Shown: positions 19,067 to 30,939 of the stretch, piece by piece
Layout: each line of letters begins with the position of its first letter
How positions within the stretch are numbered: the first letter of the stretch is position 1
Assembly (NCBI GenBank): GCA_963675595.2
Contig: CAXXLZ010000002.1
Location: 1,664,001-1,728,000, forward strand
Origin: Thermodesulfobacteriota bacterium
Lineage (GTDB): Bacteria; Desulfobacterota; Desulfarculia; JACQYL01
Direction of reading: 5' to 3'
Length of the DNA: 64,000 bases
Made by a program: the position numbers and the translations under genes
The notes under the pieces: generated by a model
Told to the model about the DNA's origin: nothing
What the model saw: only the letters and a program-made list of their open reading frames with translations
Database searches by the model: none

Positions 19067-20467
19067 TTAACAGGCTGATAGTAAGTCTAGTTTCAGTCCA
19101 ATTCTATGGCATATATCTGCAACCACGCAGTCGGATCTGATATTCTTGTCCGGGAAGAAACCCGAGCAGGCTGCACAAGAATTGGATATTGATGGCTTTG
19201 TAGATATGTAGAACGGACAACGAGTTCTGGCACGTTCGAACAATCCGGTGATTATATAGGAACGTGTAGTGTAATGAAGGTGATTCTGAAGAGCTACCGC
19301 GAGCCAACGGCGAGCTTCTTTGTCGCTCGACTCTCCTATGTCTTCAGGCCGGAAGTTCGGTATATTTAGATAGCCTTCTTCGCGTAGTTTAGGGTGAGTT
19401 GACTTTCGAAACCATAGCTTAATTAGAGGGACAGAGGATATGATTGACATAGGCCCAACAGGCCAGTACAAGGCGTGGAACTTGTTCTCCAACTGCCAAG
19501 TGATCGCTCTACGAGCAATCCAATTTATCGAGCTGACTTCACCCCGTGCCCTATCGTCATCCTCCAACAAACCTCTAAGATCATCGAGTGTAGTAAATGG
19601 ATTTTCTAAACTCGCTTTATCGCATATCGTTTCGATAGCTGCCGATAGCTCATGCTCATCCTTTGGCTTTTTCAACTTGCCAATATGGTCGAAGGCTCGA
19701 AAAACTCTTCGTAAGTTTCGGATGAGCGTATACTCCCCGAGTCGCCCGAAGAAGCCATCTATGGGCTGGTTCAGCAGGATGAAGAATATGAGCTCTTTTA
19801 TATGTGATAACTGGACAAAATCCAAGTAAACTGAAATCGCATTGTATCGAGCGCAGTCCGGTCCTTTCAGCGCGACGAAATATTTGTTGATCAGTCTATC
19901 CGCTATTTCAGTTGATGGAGAGCGCCAATGCAAGAACATCGCTTGGTTGCACGCGGCATGCCCCTCGAGCAAGCTTTCGCCGAGAAGGGGATATGCTGAT
20001 CGCCCATTTGCGACGTGGAATGTCGATGTTATTAGGGGCCTTTCCGGGCCCTCCCAAATGGGCATGTAAGAGAATTCGGGGAACGTCCACCCGTAAATCT
20101 CTTCCTGGAAATAGCGCCATGCAAACATGTATGAGCTGAAGGTCTCCAGTTCTTTGTCTGTATCAACGCAAAAGCGCAGATCAACGCCAGCCTGTGAGAC
20201 CGGACACGAACGTACGCCCCTTTCGACCATGCGCGAAACTATTCTCTCAAGAAATTCAACTCGGCCATAGATCGCATGGACGTATCCAATCCCCAAAGCT
20301 GATCCATAAAACTGCATGTAATGGGTCAATTCGTGAACAAACACAGACCAGTCAGCGGTGCTATCCTCGTTTTCCAACTTCATCTGGTCGAAGTACGCGG
20401 GTGCGTGCAATCCTAAACTAACCGGATCAAAGTGCCCGCGGAATCCTCCTGCGGGAAGTACTGTCAT
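19067..20467 (-). CDS. HExxH (gluzincin-like) hypothetical protein with C-terminal Cys cluster
   Basis: VFVHELTHYMQ..GS..G, downstream LLEGHA; likely start ATG 20467. Confidence 0.65.
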   Translation of the reverse strand: MTVLPAGGFRGHFDPVSLGLHAPAYFDQMKLENEDSTADWSVFVHELTHYMQFYGSALGIGYVHAIYGRVEFLERIVSRMVERGVRSCPVSQAGVDLRFCVDTDKELETFSSYMFAWRYFQEEIYGWTFPEFSYMPIWEGPERPLITSTFHVANGRSAYPLLGESLLEGHAACNQAMFLHWRSPSTEIADRLINKYFVALKGPDCARYNAISVYLDFVQLSHIKELIFFILLNQPIDGFFGRLGEYTLIRNLRRVFRAFDHIGKLKKPKDEHELSAAIETICDKASLENPFTTLDDLRGLLEDDDRARGEVSSINWIARRAITWQLENKFHALYWPVGPMSIISSVPLIKLWFRKSTHPKLREEGYLNIPNFRPEDIGESSDKEARRWLAVALQNHLHYTTRSYIITGLFERARTRCPFYISTKPSISNSCAACSGFFPDKNIRSDCVVADICHRIGLKLDLLSAC

Positions 20468-21088
20468 ATAGTTGTCCCCATCTGTTTGATATTTTCTCGA
20501 TCGAACGAACGATATATTTATGGTTATGATATCGACCGAAAAGCTCGGATTGCGTTGAACCGCCGAGCCGTTAAACACAGGGAGCGAAGAAGGGATATGG
20601 GAATTAGTTGTGAGTGGACTCACGTTTTATGTGGATAACTTTAGACCGTAGTGCCATCTGATGCAAGGCATGCGTAGATAACCTTTGCAACGAGCCAAAT
20701 AACCCGTTTTGGTCTTTCTCGCCTACAAAAGGGCCAGGAAACGCCGCTCTCAAGCCACTCTCATTTGAAAAGGCAATTGCCCTCCTAAAATTCGGGACCC
20801 ATCAGAAATCCGTTCTCGTCGAGAAGCCTATTTCTTGGATCCGGTTTGGCAATGAATCTACCTTGATGAGCACGATTTCCACGGAATCGCACGGTTTTTG
20901 GGAAATACGCAGTTATCAGTAAAGGGTCTTGATGCGTGAAGTTTTTTTAACAGGTCGTCCAAGTGACAGCACACCATCTTTGGCTGGATTTGCCGCCAAG
21001 AGGGTGGCTTATGGATCACCTTCCTCTTCTATTCACTCGGGTGTGGCGGATTTACAATTGCCGGCCAGATGTCGGAATTCTCATACTG

Positions 21089-24000
21089 CTACCCAGCCGC
21101 CGCAGAGGCGGGTCGCTTCGCGTATTCTTCACGCCAGTTTTTTAGCGAATTCATGTCTTCCAGAATATCCTCTGGCTTCGGCAATTCCACTGGTGATTCT
21201 GTAGGCTGCGAGTGTTCAAACCCAGAGTATTTGGTCATGAGCGAATCAAGAAGATTACAATCCGTCTCTTTCAACTTGGCCAGATCCTTGAGCTTCAACG
21301 TATGGACCGGTCGTTGGAATCTTTGAACCACCCCGCACAGCAGATCATTTTCAATAGAGCGCTCCACCAACGTCCTGAAGTCGCTGCATATCGACTTCAG
21401 CAGGATTTCGGCATGTTCAAATTTGTCGCTCTCACTTGCCTTCTTAGCATCCTGATACCGCTGATTCATGAGTGTGTTCAGCGCGGATTTGATGTCACTC
21501 TGTGAAAGTGGAATGGGGGCTGGCTCTCCGGTACCCCAGTCCGCAGAGCGAATGCTCACCACATCGGGCTTGATGGTCTTTTTCTCGGCAAAATGCCTGA
21601 CCGTTCCCAGCAAGGACAGACGGTGAGTAAAGACAATGACCTGTTTATCCTGAGACAACTCGATCAGCCTTTGAACCACGGCCTCCTCGTAGCTTTGGTC
21701 GAGCGAGGATATTGGATCGTCGAAGATAAACGGGGCCTGGTTACTCTTGCCGGTGACGTCGGCCAAAAATGCCGCAATGGAAACGATCCGATTTTCTCCC
21801 TCGCTCAGAACATCGGCGAGCCCATTCTGAGAGGCCCCCCGGAGCTGGAGCTTATGAAGGACGCGGCCCTTGGAGACTTTTGATTTCACGAGCTCAACCT
21901 TCACCTGAGACGCGCCGAGGGTCTTGAGTTCCGCCTTGAATCTTTGCACGAACGCATCCGTGATCAAGGCTTCTGCCAGCTCCCCTTTTTTCTGGGACAG
22001 GGCTTTGGTATTGGTCAAATTCTTGGCTTCCTGAATCTGGCTCAGTAACTTCAATCGGGTGACTTCTTCATCAATGGCGGCGCGGTGCTCAGACAACCAC
22101 TTTCTTGCCTGCAGGCTGTTTAGCTTTTTTTTGATCTCCTCTCGATTGTCGCTTTTGGCGTCTTCGTCATATTTTGCCGCGAGTTCACCGAGGCTTTTCG
22201 TCTGGGCGTTGGCTTCTTCGATCCATTTAGGTGTGAGCAGAGGGTCGGGAATGGCTTCTTCGGAATCGATCCCAGGGAGCAGGTCTTTTCTGGCCTGCAA
22301 TTGAGCAAAGAAATCCGTCACTTGGCTGGCGACTTCATCCTGTGGAATGCCAGCCGCATCGATACGTGTCTTCAGCGTCTCCGATGTCGGTAGCACCTCG
22401 ATAGTTTGACCGGCGGCCTCGTATTCCTTGGCCGCATCCGTTGCGGCTTTCTGCATTTCGCCCTTCATGAAGCTTTCGAAGGAGATCAATCGGTCCTTGG
22501 CCTCCTGAGTCAAGGTCTGATGGCACAGGACACAACGGGAACCATCAGAGACATTCGGGTACTCGGCTTCTTTGTAGGCAGCCGATGCGGAGTAGTTCCG
22601 GGCCGCTTCCCAAAGCTCTTTCCAAACATCAGACCCGATGCCTTCCAACTCGCTGCCGGAGAACACCTTTTCCGCCGCCGTATCTGCCGCTGCCTTCTTG
22701 AGGATCAACTTCTTTTTGGCAGCAATGATCCGGCGATAATTCTCATCCGATAATTGCTTAAGATACTTCTGGGCGGAATGTGTCAATGAAAATGAGACAC
22801 CTGTTTTCAGAAATTAGACTCTCACGTCATCGCTCGACGGTTTGTTGATCCACGCGGCCTTGGGCAATTTTGGCGGCTGTGGCACCTTTCCTTTGAAACG
22901 GTTGGGGTTGCTCCGGAAGGCAGCCCGAAGAACTTGGCTGCGACACGCTACAATGTCCTGGGCGAGTCCGTAATGGAGCTGTTCGGGTGTGACCAACCCG
23001 ATGCCTGAATGCCGATGCTCGGGGTTGTACCAGGAGAAGAACTCCCGGCAGAAAGACCGGGCATCCTGGATTGATCCAAACCGTTTCGGGAATTTCGGGC
23101 AATACTTGAGGGTTTTAAACTGCGCCTCCGAGTAGGGGTTATCATTGCTGACATAGGGTCGGCTGTGGGTCTTGGTCACTCCAAGGTCTCCCATGAACTC
23201 GGCTACGGACTTCGCTTTCATCGCCGGGCCTCGATCCGCATGGATGATGAGTTGGCCGGACTTGATATCCTGCTTGAAGCACGTCTCTTCGATGAGTTGC
23301 CTGGCCAAAGCGGCGCTTTCCCGATGGGCCACCATCCAGCCGACCACGTAGCGGCTGAAGATGTCCATGATCACGTAAAGATGGAAATAGGTCCACTTCA
23401 CAGGCCCTTTTAGCTTCGTAATATCCCAGGACCACACTTTGTTGGGTCCGGTCGCAAGCAACTCGGGCTTTTTATAGACAGGCCGCCGCGCCTGCTTTCT
23501 TCGCTCTTTGACATCACCGGATTCCGCTTTGAGAATCCGGTACATGGTCCGGATAGAGCAGTAGTACTGTCCTTCATCGAGCAAGACGGCAAAGACCTGA
23601 CGGGGAGCATCATCCTGAAAACGGGAGCTGTTAAGCAGATCGACCACGGTTTCCCGCTCCTGGGGGTTCAGAGCCAAGGGAGGCGCCGGCCGAGGTGTGC
23701 GGGCCGCCGCCGGCTTCAGGCGGCGATAGAAACTCGCACGGGGCAGGCCCATGGCTCCACATGCCTGCACGGTTCCCACCTCGGTGCGCAGCTCCATCGC
23801 CGCGCTCATGAACTGCTCCCGTCGTCGTCCAGGTCCGGCTGAGCGATCCCCAGTATCTCCGAGATTTTTTTTTGAACTTCGATGATGGTTCGCGCCTGTT
23901 TCAGTTGATTCTCGAGACGGCGGTTCTCCCTTTCAAGCCGGGCCACCCGCTCTGCCATAGGGTTCTTCTGCTTGGGCTTCCGGCCTCGCTTCTTTGGCCC

Positions 24001-25262
24001 AAGCGCCCTCAACTGCCCCTGGTCACGTTGTCTACGCCATGTCGCCAGACTCGAAGAATACAGGCCTTCTCGCCGAAGTAGAGCCCCGAGCCGGCCCGGT
24101 TCAGTACACGCATCGGCTTCCTCCAGGATTCTCAGCTTGTACCGGGCTGTAAATCTGCGACGAGGCTTCTTCTCTGGAACCTCCGGGTCGGGGACCGTGA
24201 CGTGCTTCCCGATCGTGGTAACTCCGGTCGTCCTACGGACTCCCTCCGTTACCACGATTCCCTCATCCGGATTCTCTTTCTCTCTGTGCCTCATCATGCT
24301 CCATCTCCTACCCGCCCTACACTAATTTATCAACGGGTAGGTGTCTCACTCTCATTGGCACAGAGGGGGGCATCCTGAACCAGAGTGTCGATATGCTGTT
24401 TCTGTTTCCTCAGCTGCTTCGCTTTTTCCGCTGGTGCCTGTTCGGTAAGGCGCTGCTGCAGCGTTTGCATCTCGGTCTCGTCAGCGCTGCTAAATGTGCA
24501 ATGCTTGTCGATGTCCTGGATGCTGGTCTTGGCGCTGATGGTTTCGTACCAGAGGCCTTCTGGAGTGACCTTTTTGTCAGCTGGGATATTCGGTTTTTTG
24601 GATTGGTGTCGATTAGCCTCGGCGTCCAGAGCTGATGCCACCTTCTCACAAGCGAGGGTGAGCGAGCTGAAAAACGATAATACCGGCGGCTCGTAGCTCA
24701 CCTCATCTTCGCTACCGACAAAGACCTTGCCAAACGAGGTGTCGAAAATATCAACGCTGTTTAGGTCATCGCAGATACCTTGCCCTGACCAGGTATGACT
24801 CTTCGGAATGCCGTCCTGCTCAAACGAAATGCAAGCTTTCTGTACGGCAGAGCCGGGTTTATAGACATTGCGGTGAAGGGTACCCGTCTCGCGGGCACCG
24901 CATACATGTTTAAGGAGTCTGACGTATCCGGATTTGCCTGACCCATTCTTGCCATAAACAATCGTGATGTTGCCTTTGCCAAACTTAAGTGGCTTTTTCG
25001 GAGCAAGAGCGTTAATTCCTTCGACATCACTGATTGAACATAAACGCAAGGTGCCTGCAGCGCCCTGGGAGAACGCGGTAGCTGGAAAAGAACAGGTCAC
25101 TTTTGGCAACTTTCCGTCTGCTTCCTGCCAGCACAGGGTTGCGAGCTCAGAGACTTCTTTGTCAGTCAGCTCAGACTGCTGAAGCAGCCGAGCAGCCCCA
25201 ATCTGGAGCCACTGGGGACGCTCTGAAAACCATTTGGTCAGCAATGCCGAGATATCGCTCAT
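21089..25262 (-). pseudogene. RloC-like ABC/SMC ATPase (zinc hook, possible HEPN-like tail) split by IS3 copy 2
   Basis: GKNGSGKS, CVLC hook, LSEGE, FDDPISSLD, VFTH; removing 22774-24367 plus one GGG restores ...LVQDA-QKYLK... in frame, 858 aa; ATGA overlap with res. Confidence 0.75.
22774..24367 (-). mobile_element. IS3-family insertion sequence, copy 2 (1594 bp); orfB 22814-23809, orfA 23806-24297
   Basis: Near-identical to copy 1; 3-bp duplication GGG (22771-22773, 24368-24370). Confidence 0.95.
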
Positions 25263-28200
25263 GCTCTTGCCCCTCCCATACCAACAATCTCCATCAGCTT
25301 CCCGTAGCTGGTCACCACGTCATACTTTACGTGTTCGGGATCAAGCTTGCGATTTAGTTCTTCGAAGAACTTGCGGGCGCATTCGATTTTGGTTTGCTCG
25401 ATTGCCCGCAACTCCATGCTGGACATGGAGCCTTTGGTCTCGGCGACGAAATAGATGTACTTGACCGTGCCTTCCTTGAAGGAAATGGCCCAGTCCGGGT
25501 TGTAGTCGCCGACGGGGGTCGGAATCAGGAATCCTCGGGGGAGCTTCGCATAAACGACCACCTCGGTGCTGGTATCCAGTTCCTTCACAAAATCCCGTTC
25601 AACTTTGGAGTCGGTGATCGCGTAGTCGTAGATATGGTTCTTCAGCTTCTCGCTGGCCTTGGTGAAGTCCTGCTTGCTCTGGCCTGCGGTGAAAATGTCG
25701 ATATCATGGTGCTCTGCAATCCCGTCATAGCTCAGGCGCTCGATGATGATCGTTGCCTTTTGCTCGTTGATCAGACGTGTCGCCTCAGCCAAAAAATGTT
25801 CCGGGTTCTGTTTGAACTGTTTGAATACGCCCGGCTGAATGCCGCCCAGCATTTCGGCGATGGTCTTTCGGGTCAGCTGTGTGTTCTCTGCCAGCTTGCC
25901 CAATAAGTCATACCTGACCATCGAGTGAATCGAGGCGTTATACTCCTCCGTAGCGGTTTCCCGGACTTCAAATCCCCGGCCGGCTTTTAATTGATCATAC
26001 GTTGCCTGATCGACCTGCTGGCCCCCCTGGATGGTGTATTGCAAAGGAGTCACCCTTAGCTCTTTGTCGATTGCGCGGATGCTGTTTCGAATGAGTTCAC
26101 TGGAATCGAATTCAACACGGTAGACCGCCCTCTGATTGATCCGGTTCCAGAGCGCCTTGAACTCTTTTTTCTCGAAGTTGGCATTCAGCGGGTTGGTCTT
26201 CGGCTTGCGGTCATCACCCACGTCGGGCAGCTGGGACTCGCTGAACACGCTGTCGATCAGGCTGAAAATGTGTTCCGCGTGAGGGGCGAGCTCGGGCGGA
26301 AGCGCAGCCAACGTTCCGCCGGCTTTTGCCTCGTGGTAGGCTTCGGCAACCTGATCCGCGTCATCGGTATAGTCGTTCTTGAGAAGGTATTTGTATATCT
26401 GCTTGGCCATGACCGGGGTAATTTCCACTGTCCCAGCTTCGGTGGTGATGACCTTCCCGGTGAAGTAAGCCTCGTCCGCCTTGCGGGGGCGAGCCGAGAG
26501 GGAGTCGCTGATCTCACGCTGAAGATTTCCGACAAAGTCCCTGTAGCTCTCGCTCGCGACAACGGTCAGGATGTTCACGTCGTGGACCGTTGCCGGGTTG
26601 TCCATGCGATCCCCGAGCTGGTTGACACTAATCCGCAATCCCCGGCCGACCTCCTGGCGGCGAGAGATGGTGTTGTCGCTGTGCTTGAGCATACACATGA
26701 CGAAGACATTGGGATTGTCCCAGCCTTCCCGCAGGGCGGAGTGGGAGAAAATGAACCGGACCGGTTCAGCAAAAGAGAGCAGCCTCTCTTTATCCTTCAG
26801 GATCAGATCATAGGCATCCACGTCATCGGAAAGCCCGGCGTCTTCTCCACGCGTCTTGAAGCTCGGATCGGTGAGCCTCTTGGTCTTCTTGTCGATGGAG
26901 AAGTAACCGTTGTGGGTACGGCCGACGGGAATTCCTTTCAGATACTCCTGAAACGCGCCTCCATCCAAAGGTAGCAGGCTCGAATATTCGTCTTTGAGCT
27001 GTTCGTACTCCTCTTCGAAGATTCGGGCATATTCGCCCTGCTCATCGGCCTGCCCGTAGTCACGGTATTTGGCGACTTCATCAATAAAGAACAGGGACAG
27101 CACCTTGATGCCCTGGGCAAAGAGAACCTGCTCCTTCTCAAGGTGAGCCCTGATCGCCTCCCGGATCTGAATCCGCCGGATAGCCATTTCAGTGATGTCG
27201 CCGGTTGCATCACCCGCACTCAGAACATGGCCATTGGTGAACTCCACCGTGTCATTGTTCGCGTCAATCTGGGCGAGGACAAAGCCGCGATATTGGTCCA
27301 GCTCGTTTGATTCAACGAAAATATCTCTGCCGCGTTCCAGGCGTTTGACGATCCGCTTGATCCCGCCGCCCTGGCGCACTTCCATTTCGATTCGGGCAAC
27401 CGGCGCCTTCTTGGAAACTTCGATGGATTCCAGGTAGAGATAGGCGTTGGTGCCTGCCAGGCCCTTGACGGCGATGCCGCGCACCGCGATTTTTTTCACC
27501 AACTTCTGGTTGTAGGCGTCCAGGGCGTCGAGGCGGTGGATCTTGTTGTGCGTGGTCCGGTGGGTGGCCGAGTAGCGCAGGATCATCAGCGGCTTGAACT
27601 TGGATAACGCATCCAGCGTCTTTTTGCCCTCCATCTTCTGAGGTTCATCCAGAATCAGGATGGGGCGGTTGCTGCTGATCACATCGATAGGCTTGCGCGA
27701 TTGGAAGTCGTCCAACTCGTCATAGATGCGGCGGTTATCCTTCCCTGTTGCGTTGAACGCCTGGATATTGATGACCATGACGTTGACGCCCGCATCGGAG
27801 GAAAAGCTTTCTAGGTGGTGCAGCTGCTTGGAGTTGTAGGCAAAAAAGCGGGCCTTCTTCCCGTAGCTCTCGGTGAAGTGTTCGGCGGTAATCTCCAGTG
27901 ATTTGAGCACGCCCTCACGGATGGCAATGCTGGGCACCACCACGATGAACTTGGTCCAGCCGTAACGCTTGTTCATCTCGAAGATGCTCTTGATATAGCA
28001 GTAAGTCTTGCCGGTGCCGGTTTCCATCTCCACATCGAGGTTGATCTTGCACCCGGCGCTTGTCGCCAGTTTGTCGGACAACGGCAGGTTCTGGCGTCGC
28101 TGCACGGCATGGATGTTTCCAATCAACTGAGTATCGGTCAGTTGTACGTCGGCGTTCTTGAAACCCTCATATTCCAGAAAACTGGTTTGCTGTTGACCGG

Positions 28201-28330
28201 ATTCATTCTTTATCACGCCAGGGTCAATCCGATAGGCAATGCCGGAGGTACTGATCTGCCCCGCAAAGCAGTCCACAACGGTTTCCACCGCGCTGGTCTG
28301 GTAGGGCTGGACTTTAAACTTCAGTTTCAT
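25259..28330 (-). CDS. res: Type III restriction endonuclease Res subunit
   Basis: [35 protein letters not shown]-terminal YNPDW...AETK nuclease. Confidence 0.93.
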   Translation of the reverse strand: MKLKFKVQPYQTSAVETVVDCFAGQISTSGIAYRIDPGVIKNESGQQQTSFLEYEGFKNADVQLTDTQLIGNIHAVQRRQNLPLSDKLATSAGCKINLDVEMETGTGKTYCYIKSIFEMNKRYGWTKFIVVVPSIAIREGVLKSLEITAEHFTESYGKKARFFAYNSKQLHHLESFSSDAGVNVMVINIQAFNATGKDNRRIYDELDDFQSRKPIDVISSNRPILILDEPQKMEGKKTLDALSKFKPLMILRYSATHRTTHNKIHRLDALDAYNQKLVKKIAVRGIAVKGLAGTNAYLYLESIEVSKKAPVARIEMEVRQGGGIKRIVKRLERGRDIFVESNELDQYRGFVLAQIDANNDTVEFTNGHVLSAGDATGDITEMAIRRIQIREAIRAHLEKEQVLFAQGIKVLSLFFIDEVAKYRDYGQADEQGEYARIFEEEYEQLKDEYSSLLPLDGGAFQEYLKGIPVGRTHNGYFSIDKKTKRLTDPSFKTRGEDAGLSDDVDAYDLILKDKERLLSFAEPVRFIFSHSALREGWDNPNVFVMCMLKHSDNTISRRQEVGRGLRISVNQLGDRMDNPATVHDVNILTVVASESYRDFVGNLQREISDSLSARPRKADEAYFTGKVITTEAGTVEITPVMAKQIYKYLLKNDYTDDADQVAEAYHEAKAGGTLAALPPELAPHAEHIFSLIDSVFSESQLPDVGDDRKPKTNPLNANFEKKEFKALWNRINQRAVYRVEFDSSELIRNSIRAIDKELRVTPLQYTIQGGQQVDQATYDQLKAGRGFEVRETATEEYNASIHSMVRYDLLGKLAENTQLTRKTIAEMLGGIQPGVFKQFKQNPEHFLAEATRLINEQKATIIIERLSYDGIAEHHDIDIFTAGQSKQDFTKASEKLKNHIYDYAITDSKVERDFVKELDTSTEVVVYAKLPRGFLIPTPVGDYNPDWAISFKEGTVKYIYFVAETKGSMSSMELRAIEQTKIECARKFFEELNRKLDPEHVKYDVVTSYGKLMEIVGMGGARA

Positions 28331-28342
28331 GCCAAGCCCTCC

Positions 28343-30232
28343 TTATATCGACTTCACTTCGGTGCCCGGAGACATCTGCTTGAAGATCTGCTCCACGTTG
28401 ATCTTGACGGCGTCTGAGATAAAGCCGGTGTCGCGGAACACAACCCGCAGCGGTTCAAACCGGGCCAGCTCCTTGACCAGGTCCTCATTCACGCCGGTGT
28501 CGAAGCAGGCGACAAGATCGTAGGGCGGCTCATTGACGAAAAAGACGGTCTTGCCCTGGATGTTCTCTTTTCGGATCGGCAGTGAAATATCCACGCCCCA
28601 GTCCAGCAATACCTGGAATAGCAGGTCTTCGGGCTTGCGGTCCGGCTTGATGTTGTCCGTGAAGATTTTGAGCTGGCCTTGCTCGATGGTGTCCGGCGTA
28701 TAGTAGACGTCGGCCATGTTGGATGTGTCGATTCGCAGCACACGAAAACCCAAATCCTCCTTGCTGTCACTGGACATATCCAGTCTGGAAAGGATCTCAT
28801 CGGCGTAGTTGCGAACGCGGGTCAGGCCCATTTCGAAGATTGAGCCGAGCTTGGGTTCCGGTTTGGGCAGAGCTTCCGATATCTGGATGCCGATGAAGCG
28901 GCGGTTACCTCCGTCCTCGTGGTTCTGTTTCAGCACCGCATGGGCGGTGACGGCACTGCCGCTGAAGAAGTCCAGCACGGTGGCATTTTCATCCGGCTCA
29001 CCAGCCAGTTGCAGGATGCGCTGAATCAGCTCCACCGGCTTTACCGAGTTGAGTACATTCTCCGTGTGCTGGAAGGAGACGTACTTGAGCAGGGTCTTCT
29101 TGGCGTCCTGGGTGTGGCCAACTTCCTTCCAAGACCAAAATGTCTGAGGTGTTCTGCCCTGTTTGACCTCCGACAGAAAACGCTTCAGTCGAGGCATGTT
29201 ATTCCCATCTTCGCCCCACCAAATGCGATTATCTTTATCAAGTTCCAGGAACCGTTCTTTACTGTTTCGCCAATAGGTTCCAGTAGGCGGGCCTTCAATG
29301 ACTCTGCCCGAGGGGCAAGTTATTGGGTACAGTCCCGCATCATAGCGATTCCTAGCCGCTAAGTCTGAAGACGTCCAAGGCCCTCGTGGATCGTTATCTG
29401 GATTCTTGTAGCGCGCAACCATCTCTTCAGTTTGGGGGAGCATTTTAGGCTGCCATGTGATCTTGTTCTTCGCGTAAACAAGGATGTAGTCATGATCCTC
29501 CGAAAACCATTTTGCGGTATTCTTGGGAGCAAAAACCTTCTGCCAAATCACAGCCGCAACGAAGTTGTCCTCGCCATATATCTCGTCGCAGACCTTGCGT
29601 AGGTTCTCTACCTCGTTGTCGTCGATAGAGATAAAGATCACCCCGTCGTCACGTAGCAGGTTGCGGGCGAGTCGCAACCGGGGATACATCATGGTCAACC
29701 AGTCGGAATGGAAACGGCCGTTGGCGTCGGTGTTGGCCACCAACCGGTTACCGGCCTCGTCTGCCTGATTGGAACGGGCGAAGTAGGACTCAATGTCGTC
29801 CTTGAAGTCGTCGTCGTAGATGAACTCGCGACCGGTGTTATACGGCGGGTCAATGTAGATCATCTTGACCTTGCCGAGGTAGGTCTCCTGGAGCAGCTTC
29901 AGCGCTTCCAGATTGTCGCCCTCGATGAACAGATTTTTCGTGGTGTCGAAATCCACACTCTCTTCCCAGCAGGGACGCAGGGTCCTGGCAATAGGCGCGT
30001 TGGCGGTGAGCAGGGCTTCCCGCTTGCCTGGCCAGTTGAGGTGGTAGCGCTCCTGCGGACCTTCCACGATGGACTCGGATAACTCCTGCCTCAGCTGGTC
30101 GAAATCCACCGCAAGCCTCAGCTTACCGTCTTCGCCCTGGGCCTCGGTCACGCAGCCGGGAAACAGCTCGCGGATACGGGCGATGTTTTGCCGGGTAAGG
30201 TTCGGGGAATGCATTTTCATCTTTTCCATCAT
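28343..30232 (-). CDS. mod: Type III R-M adenine methyltransferase Mod subunit
   Basis: IEGDNLEALK, YIDPPYNTG, LDFFSGS (beta-class order). Confidence 0.93.
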   Translation of the reverse strand: MMEKMKMHSPNLTRQNIARIRELFPGCVTEAQGEDGKLRLAVDFDQLRQELSESIVEGPQERYHLNWPGKREALLTANAPIARTLRPCWEESVDFDTTKNLFIEGDNLEALKLLQETYLGKVKMIYIDPPYNTGREFIYDDDFKDDIESYFARSNQADEAGNRLVANTDANGRFHSDWLTMMYPRLRLARNLLRDDGVIFISIDDNEVENLRKVCDEIYGEDNFVAAVIWQKVFAPKNTAKWFSEDHDYILVYAKNKITWQPKMLPQTEEMVARYKNPDNDPRGPWTSSDLAARNRYDAGLYPITCPSGRVIEGPPTGTYWRNSKERFLELDKDNRIWWGEDGNNMPRLKRFLSEVKQGRTPQTFWSWKEVGHTQDAKKTLLKYVSFQHTENVLNSVKPVELIQRILQLAGEPDENATVLDFFSGSAVTAHAVLKQNHEDGGNRRFIGIQISEALPKPEPKLGSIFEMGLTRVRNYADEILSRLDMSSDSKEDLGFRVLRIDTSNMADVYYTPDTIEQGQLKIFTDNIKPDRKPEDLLFQVLLDWGVDISLPIRKENIQGKTVFFVNEPPYDLVACFDTGVNEDLVKELARFEPLRVVFRDTGFISDAVKINVEQIFKQMSPGTEVKSI

Positions 30233-30939
30233 GTCTGTCCTTTAGGGTGTGACTGCCGCCCGCTGGCAGACAGCGGACGGGTCAGATTCTCAAGTTCTTG
30301 TTTCAGGTCACGCACCTCAGCGTTGATTGCGACCTTGAGGTTGAATTGTTTCTCTTTCCGGAGCCGAGCCTCACAGCGCTCCAGCTCCCGTTGCTTGAGG
30401 CTAATGAGCTCCATCCGTTCCACCCACGCCTGCAATTCTTCAGCCGGTCGTGCCGGGTACGGCATCAGGGGCATCAGCAAATGGCCATAGAGCGTCTCGA
30501 GGTCGAAAACCATCGGCAGAGGCTTGCGTGGCGTATCGCCGGGAGCCCAGTCGCCATCGAAATATTCACTGATGATCCACTTGCCGGCATCCGCTTCACT
30601 CGGCCGTTTATAGGCGGCGACGGGTTTTACTTTGCCGTCATACCTGAGCTCAAAGAGGATCGGAAAGGGAATGGCCTGGTCGATGCAGCGCAGCACCTCC
30701 GTCTTGAGTTCGCCATCCTTGAGAGAAATGCTGAAAACCTGAATTTCTGGAACAGACGGCGTGCCTTTGATATTGATGGTTTCCGGGGAGAGTTTGTACT
30801 GCCAGACGATCTGCTCCACCTGCCGAACGAAAAGCTCCTTGGTCGCCGTGCCGGGACTCCCGTGCTCATAAATTTTGCTTTTGGGCAGCACGCGGCCGAA
30901 GGCCGCATTCCCGGGATATTCAAAAAGCATTGTCGTCAT
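30229..30939 (-). CDS. DUF4391-family protein
   Basis: GRVLPKSKIY...EQIVWQYKLSPETINI...EIQVF...IDQAIP...EKQFN.KV.IN; ATGA overlaps on both sides. Confidence 0.8.
   Translation of the reverse strand: MTTMLFEYPGNAAFGRVLPKSKIYEHGSPGTATKELFVRQVEQIVWQYKLSPETINIKGTPSVPEIQVFSISLKDGELKTEVLRCIDQAIPFPILFELRYDGKVKPVAAYKRPSEADAGKWIISEYFDGDWAPGDTPRKPLPMVFDLETLYGHLLMPLMPYPARPAEELQAWVERMELISLKQRELERCEARLRKEKQFNLKVAINAEVRDLKQELENLTRPLSASGRQSHPKGQT

Noticed and set aside
20640-21060. Possible IS end or ncRNA in the intergenic stretch
   Set aside because: No partner repeat, target duplication or convincing structure
881-24367. Composite transposon formed by the two IS3 copies
   Set aside because: Each copy has its own target duplication and splits its own gene, so they are independent insertions
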